A DNA stretch of 29,699 bases from the IMG/VR virus record IMGVR_UViG_3300039191_000510, positions 1 to 29,699 of that record; one strand, given 5' to 3'. The position numbers and the translations under genes are program-made. Below, piece after piece: positions 25,220-29,699 of this stretch. Within the stretch, counting starts at the first letter, position 1. Each line of letters starts with the position of its first letter. The notes beneath the pieces were generated by a model, which made no database searches, was not told the DNA's origin, and was given only the letters and a program-made list of their open reading frames with translations. The stretch is from a virus. Taxonomy: Duplodnaviria; Caudoviricetes.

Positions 25220-26083
25220 ATGAAGACGGTATCCCCCAAACTGGCCGCGCATCTCGAGGGTGATGTGCTCACGCTGGCCACCTGCTGGCGGCTGGCGCGC
25301 CGCGACGGCGTGGTGTTTCGCGCGACCGATCACGATGGTGATCTCGCGGTCGGTCGCGAGATTTACCGCGCCCGCGCCGGCTATTCGCGCACCGCAGTGG
25401 CCTCCGAGGCGGGGCTGGCGGTCGGCAATGTCGATCTCGAGGGCGTGCTCGACGATGCCGGGCTCGAGGCGGACGCGTTGCGGGCCGGGCTTTATGACGG
25501 CGCCGAGGTGCGGATCTTCGTGGTCAACTGGCAGGATCCGTCGCAGGGCACCCTCCGGCTGCGCCGCGGCTGGCTGGGCGAGGTCATGCTGTCGAGCGAG
25601 GGCCAGTGGCGCACCGAACTGCGCGGCATGTCCCAGGTGCTCGAACAAAGACTGATCGAGCCCTACACGCCCGACTGCCGCGCCGATCTCGGCGATGCGC
25701 GCTGCGGCGTGGAGATCGGTGACCCGCAATGGACGCGACCGGGCCTCGTCACCGCACCGCTCGATGCGCTCTCGTTCACGGCCGCGATCGACATCACCGA
25801 CAAACCCGACGACTGGTTCGCCGGCGGCGTGATCCGGTTCACGTCGGGCCAGAACAGCGGCCGGGCCATCGAGGTACGCGGCTCGGATCTGGCGACGGGC
25901 GATCTGGTGCTCTCCTTCCCGCCGCCCTTTCCGGTCGGCACGGGTGATGCCTTCGAGATCTATCCGGGCTGCGACAAGCGGCTGACGACCTGCATCGATC
26001 GCTTCGACAATGTGCTCAATTTCCGGGGCGATCCCTTCGTGCCGGGCGCCGACAAGCTGACGGAGACGCCCAATGCCCGGTAA
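25220..26083 (+). CDS. Tail hub/baseplate protein, GTA-like (DUF2163)
   Basis: Start reassigned to ATG 25220 (AAGGTGA RBS). TLATCWRLARRDG, TDHD, CRADLGDARC, GCDKRLTTC..RFDNVLNFRGDPFVPG. Confidence 0.9.
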   Translation: MKTVSPKLAAHLEGDVLTLATCWRLARRDGVVFRATDHDGDLAVGREIYRARAGYSRTAVASEAGLAVGNVDLEGVLDDAGLEADALRAGLYDGAEVRIFVVNWQDPSQGTLRLRRGWLGEVMLSSEGQWRTELRGMSQVLEQRLIEPYTPDCRADLGDARCGVEIGDPQWTRPGLVTAPLDALSFTAAIDITDKPDDWFAGGVIRFTSGQNSGRAIEVRGSDLATGDLVLSFPPPFPVGTGDAFEIYPGCDKRLTTCIDRFDNVLNFRGDPFVPGADKLTETPNAR

Positions 26084-26102
26084 GCCAGTGCAGGATGACC
26101 CA

Positions 26103-26519
26103 ATGCAAAGTGAGGAGATAGTCAACGAAGCCCGGCGCTGGATCGGGGCGCGCTGGCGCCATCAGGGCCGCGGGCCGGCCGGCGTGGACTGCATCGGGCT
26201 GCTGATCGTGGTCGCAGATGCGCTTGGCGTGCCGCATCACGATGTGACGGGCTATGACCGGCGCGCGACCGGCACGAGGCTGCTGGAAGCGTTTGCCGTC
26301 GATCTCGACCCGCTTCCCCTCACCGACGCGCACCCCGGTGATATCCTGGTCTTCGCCGAGACGAGCTACCCGTGCCATGCGGGCTTTCTCACCGCGCGGC
26401 ACGGCGTCCCGCACCTTCTGCACGCGCATGCGCTGCGGCGCTGCGTGCTCGAGGAGCCGCTGATCGAGCCATGGCTGGCGCGCCGGCGCGCGGCATGGCG
26501 CATTCCGGGGGTGGTCTGA
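26103..26519 (+). CDS. NlpC/P60-family tail-associated peptidase
   Basis: ARRWIGARWRHQGR...GVDCIGL (catalytic Cys), PGDILVF, HAGF..LLHAH. Alternative start at 26073. Confidence 0.9.
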   Translation: MQSEEIVNEARRWIGARWRHQGRGPAGVDCIGLLIVVADALGVPHHDVTGYDRRATGTRLLEAFAVDLDPLPLTDAHPGDILVFAETSYPCHAGFLTARHGVPHLLHAHALRRCVLEEPLIEPWLARRRAAWRIPGVV

Positions 26520-29500
26520 TGGCGGTGCTGGCCATCGCCGGCGCGGGCGCGCTCGGCAGCACGGCGCTCGGGCTCGGCTGGCAGGCCGGCTGGCTGATCG
26601 GCTCGACCGTCGGCTCGCTCCTGTTCGGCCCGGACCAGCCGGATATCGAGGGCCCGCGGCTGCGCGATCTGTCGGTGACCTCCTCGGCCTGGGGCGCGCC
26701 GATCCCGCTCATCTACGGCACCATGCGCGCCTCCGGCAACGTGATCTGGGCGCCCGGGATTCGCGAGGAACGCCAGACCCGCAAGGTGGGCGGCAAGGGC
26801 GGCGGCGGTCAGCGCCAGACCACCTATGGCTACTCTGCCTCCTTCGCGCTCGGCCTCGCCGAAGGCCCGGCCGGCGACCTCATCCGGATCTGGGCCGATG
26901 GCAAGCTCATCCATGACGCGCGCGGCACCAACCCGGACGTGTCGATCCCCGGTCTGGAGTTCCGGTTCCACGAAGGCAGCGAGGACCAGCTGCCCGATCC
27001 GCTGATCGAGGCCACGCAAGGTCATGGCCGGACGCCGGCCTTTCGCGGGCTGGCCTATCTGGTGTTCGAGGATCTGCCGCTGGAAAACTTCGGCAACCGC
27101 ATTCCCAACATCACCGCCGAGGTGACGTTCAACGCGCAGGAAGCCTTCCCCGCGCTCAAGAGCACCAACCTGCCGGGCGGCCCGCTCGACAGCGTGCTGA
27201 CAAGCTACGGGGCCACCGACTGGCAGCGCCAGCGCCAGCTCATGCTGTCCCCGGACGGTCTGCGGCTGTTCGATCTGCGCACGATGGAGGAGCTGGCGCA
27301 GGCCCGGCCCGAGGATATGATTTCCGACGCGCTGGCCGAGGCGTTGAACCTCTACAAGGATAATTTCGGGTTCGATCACTGCTTCATCGGCGGCGACGGG
27401 TATGCCTACACCCAGCTGGGCATCAGCAACACCAAGCCGATCGTGAAGATCGATCTGGACGCCATGGCGATCGTGGACAGCTTCGGGCGCCGCAGCAACA
27501 GCCTGAGCAACAACGCAGGCGGGTTCGTATCCCTCACGACACTCGGCTGGATGCGCGCGCTCAGCCTGACCGGGCCAGTCGATGTGCTGATCGCCTCGGG
27601 GCGCTTCGGCGGCGGTCATGGCTGCGTCCGGGCCGACACCATGGAGTTCCTCGCCAATCTGCCGCGCATGGGACCGGGGCCGACCAATGTCGAGAATATC
27701 GTGCAGGGCCTCGTGGGCGAAGGCCTCGGCGAGGCATGGATCCTGCGCACGTCGAACACCGGCACGGCCAGCACCATTCCAATCGAGCGGCTCCGCCTGC
27801 GCCCGGGCGCGCCCCAGCCTGTCGTCGAGAATGCCGGGCACTGGTCTCTCGGTCCGGCCGACATCCACCCTGACGCGACGGGATTCACATACGAGCCGGC
27901 CGGCGCGGTCTATGATCCCGTGGATGATGCGCTGGTCTGGATCAGCGCGCTCGCGTTTCCGGATGCGCTGAGTGATCTCGCCGGGCGCTATGCGGTCAAA
28001 TGGCGCCCCGATGACGGGGTGATCTGGGCGACGCGGCTGTCGCTCTTTGCGTTCTCCACCACCCGCAAGGAGAACATGGCCATCGCCAAATCCCGCACCG
28101 AGGGCCGGCGCATGGCGTGGCATCGCGAGCCGCAGGTCAGCCAGGTCGATCTGCGCACCGGCGCGGAGATCCTGTTCACCGAAGGGTTTGCCGCGGGCAG
28201 CATCTTCGGCGGCGGCGAGGCCGCGGGGTATGATGCGCGCTCCGACACGCTCACCGGCTATGTGCAGACCGGCTCTGCGGTGACGCGGCTGTTTCTCAAT
28301 CGCACCGCCGGCGAAGGCGTCACGCCGGGCAGCCTCATTGCGGATATCTGCGCCCGCGTCGGGCTGGGGCCGGCCGATATAGACGTGTCGCAGATTCTCG
28401 AGCCCCAATTCCGGGGCTACGCCATCGGCCGGCAGGGATCGGCGCGGTCTGCCATCGAGCCGGTGGCGCAGGCGTTTTCCTTCGATGCGGTCGAGTCCGA
28501 CGAACGGATCCGCTTTGTGCCAAGGGCGCGATCCGCAGATGAAGCGCCGCGTCTGACCGCGGACGATCTTGTGCCAGCGCGCGAGACCGGCCGCGTCGTG
28601 CAGCTCCAGCGCGTGCAGGAGACCGATCTGCCCGAGCGCATCACCGTGACCTACCAGGAGGCGGGCCAGGAGATGGGCGGCGACTACAATCAGGGCGCGC
28701 AGTCCGCCACCCGGGTCTCGCAGCCCGTCGCCACCATGGGCTCGCGCGACAAGCGCGACGTGGAACTGCCCATGGCGCTTGAGGCCACCGAGGCAAGGCG
28801 CATCGCCGAGCGTCTCATGGCCTCGGCCTGGATCGAGCGCGATGCCGTCGAGTTCGCGCTACGGCCGGGGTTTCTGCGCCTCGATCCCACCGATCTGCTG
28901 CGTGTGGAGGCGCCGGGTGGAGCCGAGATCGCGGTTCGGCTGACGCAGATCGAGATCGGTGCAGACTGGGAGCTGCGCGCCAAGGGCGTGCGGCATATCG
29001 GATCGGCCTATGTCTCTGACGCCATCGGCGCGACCGGTTCCGGCGTTCGGCCCTCGGGCGTGCTGGGCGATGTGCCCTCACGGTGGGTCGTACCGCAGGT
29101 CCCGCTGCTGCGCGATCGCCACGATACCGGCGGCGTGGCCACACGGCAGTATCTTTTTGCTGCCCCGCGTGTCGCGGGGCCCTGGACCGGCCTGTCGCTC
29201 TTTCGCTCGCGCGACGGGGCGGACTGGGACATCCCGGCGCGCATCAGCGATCCCGCGCTGATCGGCACCTTGCGTGCAGCCCTCGCCCCGCCGCGCTCGG
29301 TCTGGACGTGGGACGAGGCGAACCACCTCGATGTGCGCCTGCGCGATCCCGACGGCCAGCTCGAGACGGTCTCCGATCTGCAGCTGCTCAATGGCCGCAA
29401 CGCCGCGCTGGTGGTCGATGCGGATGGCGGGGCCGAGCTGATCCAGTTCCGCGATGTCACCCCCCTCGGCAATGATCTCTACCGGCTTTCGACGCTGCTG

Positions 29501-29699
29501 CGCGGACGGCGGGGTTCTGAGGCCCGGCTGGCGCATGCGGCCGGGGCGGTCATCGTGGTGCTGGAGGACGAGGGCGCGCTCTTCACCGAGCCGCTCGGCC
29601 TGGTCGGACAGCCGCTGCGCTATCGCGGCGTCGGCCGGGGCGAGGCGTTCGACGAGGCGGACACGGTCACGCAGACCCTGCGCGGTACCGATCTCAAGC
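26519..29699 (+). CDS. Central tail-tip/host-specificity protein (GTA baseplate/gpJ-like), at least 1060 aa, truncated by the window end
   Basis: Absent from the ORF track (no stop in the window). Starts at a TGATG overlap. EGPRLRDL.VTSSAWGAPIPLIYG, RIWADGK, PAFRGLAYLVFEDLPLENFGNRIP, ELIQF, LLRGRRGSE; the same frame holds at the last line. Confidence 0.9.
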   Translation, partial: MAVLAIAGAGALGSTALGLGWQAGWLIGSTVGSLLFGPDQPDIEGPRLRDLSVTSSAWGAPIPLIYGTMRASGNVIWAPGIREERQTRKVGGKGGGGQRQTTYGYSASFALGLAEGPAGDLIRIWADGKLIHDARGTNPDVSIPGLEFRFHEGSEDQLPDPLIEATQGHGRTPAFRGLAYLVFEDLPLENFGNRIPNITAEVTFNAQEAFPALKSTNLPGGPLDSVLTSYGATDWQRQRQLMLSPDGLRLFDLRTMEELAQARPEDMISDALAEALNLYKDNFGFDHCFIGGDGYAYTQLGISNTKPIVKIDLDAMAIVDSFGRRSNSLSNNAGGFVSLTTLGWMRALSLTGPVDVLIASGRFGGGHGCVRADTMEFLANLPRMGPGPTNVENIVQGLVGEGLGEAWILRTSNTGTASTIPIERLRLRPGAPQPVVENAGHWSLGPADIHPDATGFTYEPAGAVYDPVDDALVWISALAFPDALSDLAGRYAVKWRPDDGVIWATRLSLFAFSTTRKENMAIAKSRTEGRRMAWHREPQVSQVDLRTGAEILFTEGFAAGSIFGGGEAAGYDARSDTLTGYVQTGSAVTRLFLNRTAGEGVTPGSLIADICARVGLGPADIDVSQILEPQFRGYAIGRQGSARSAIEPVAQAFSFDAVESDERIRFVPRARSADEAPRLTADDLVPARETGRVVQLQRVQETDLPERITVTYQEAGQEMGGDYNQGAQSATRVSQPVATMGSRDKRDVELPMALEATEARRIAERLMASAWIERDAVEFALRPGFLRLDPTDLLRVEAPGGAEIAVRLTQIEIGADWELRAKGVRHIGSAYVSDAIGATGSGVRPSGVLGDVPSRWVVPQVPLLRDRHDTGGVATRQYLFAAPRVAGPWTGLSLFRSRDGADWDIPARISDPALIGTLRAALAPPRSVWTWDEANHLDVRLRDPDGQLETVSDLQLLNGRNAALVVDADGGAELIQFRDVTPLGNDLYRLSTLLRGRRGSEARLAHAAGAVIVVLEDEGALFTEPLGLVGQPLRYRGVGRGEAFDEADTVTQTLRGTDLK

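Larger units (their letters stand above)
4445..29699 (+). mobile_element. Prophage/temperate siphovirus packaging, head and tail region (neither att end visible)
   Basis: Colinear cos, terminase, gpW, portal, protease, decoration, capsid, neck, tail tube, chaperone, tape measure and tail-tip genes, many translationally coupled. Confidence 0.95.

Noticed and set aside
22059-28408. Minus-strand ORFs 22059..23714, 22469..23626, 25184..26125 and 26366..28408
   Set aside because: Shadows of the tape measure and tail-tip genes. The real gene from 26519 is on the plus strand and is missing from the track only because it has no stop in the window.
24607-29699. Gene transfer agent cluster
   Set aside because: The head module is lambda-type with a cos site, an 832-aa tape measure and methyltransferases, which fits a phage rather than RcGTA.
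26519-29699. Diversity-generating retroelement or invertible tail-fibre cassette
   Set aside because: No reverse transcriptase, invertase or duplicated TR/VR segment is seen in the window. One beyond the right edge cannot be excluded.

Overview
The window is mostly the late (virion morphogenesis) operon of a temperate siphophage/prophage from a high-GC alphaproteobacterium, probably Rhodobacteraceae (inferred from the alpha-type LexA box and the GTA-like tail-tip genes). From left to right: the end of an IS481-like element; an unusual 709-aa protein (putative winged helix plus a beta-rich domain with an embedded J-domain); a divergent, LexA-boxed umuDC-like operon whose UmuD has Cys at the catalytic Ser position; a lambda-like cos site followed by short repeats; two tandem ParB-DNA methyltransferase fusions; and a reverse-strand cluster of small genes, one carrying an in-frame palindromic insert. 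Next comes a lambda-like head module (terminase, gpW, portal, S49 protease with a nested scaffold start, decoration protein, capsid). A reverse-strand moron (HPF/RaiA-family gene plus a frameshifted thermonuclease) interrupts the neck genes. The tail module has a tail tube, a chaperone with a -1 slippery site, a tape measure and GTA-like tip genes; the last of these runs off the window end. No CRISPR array, rRNA, tRNA, integrase, lysis gene or reverse transcriptase was seen. All family calls come from motif recognition and gene order, not database searches.
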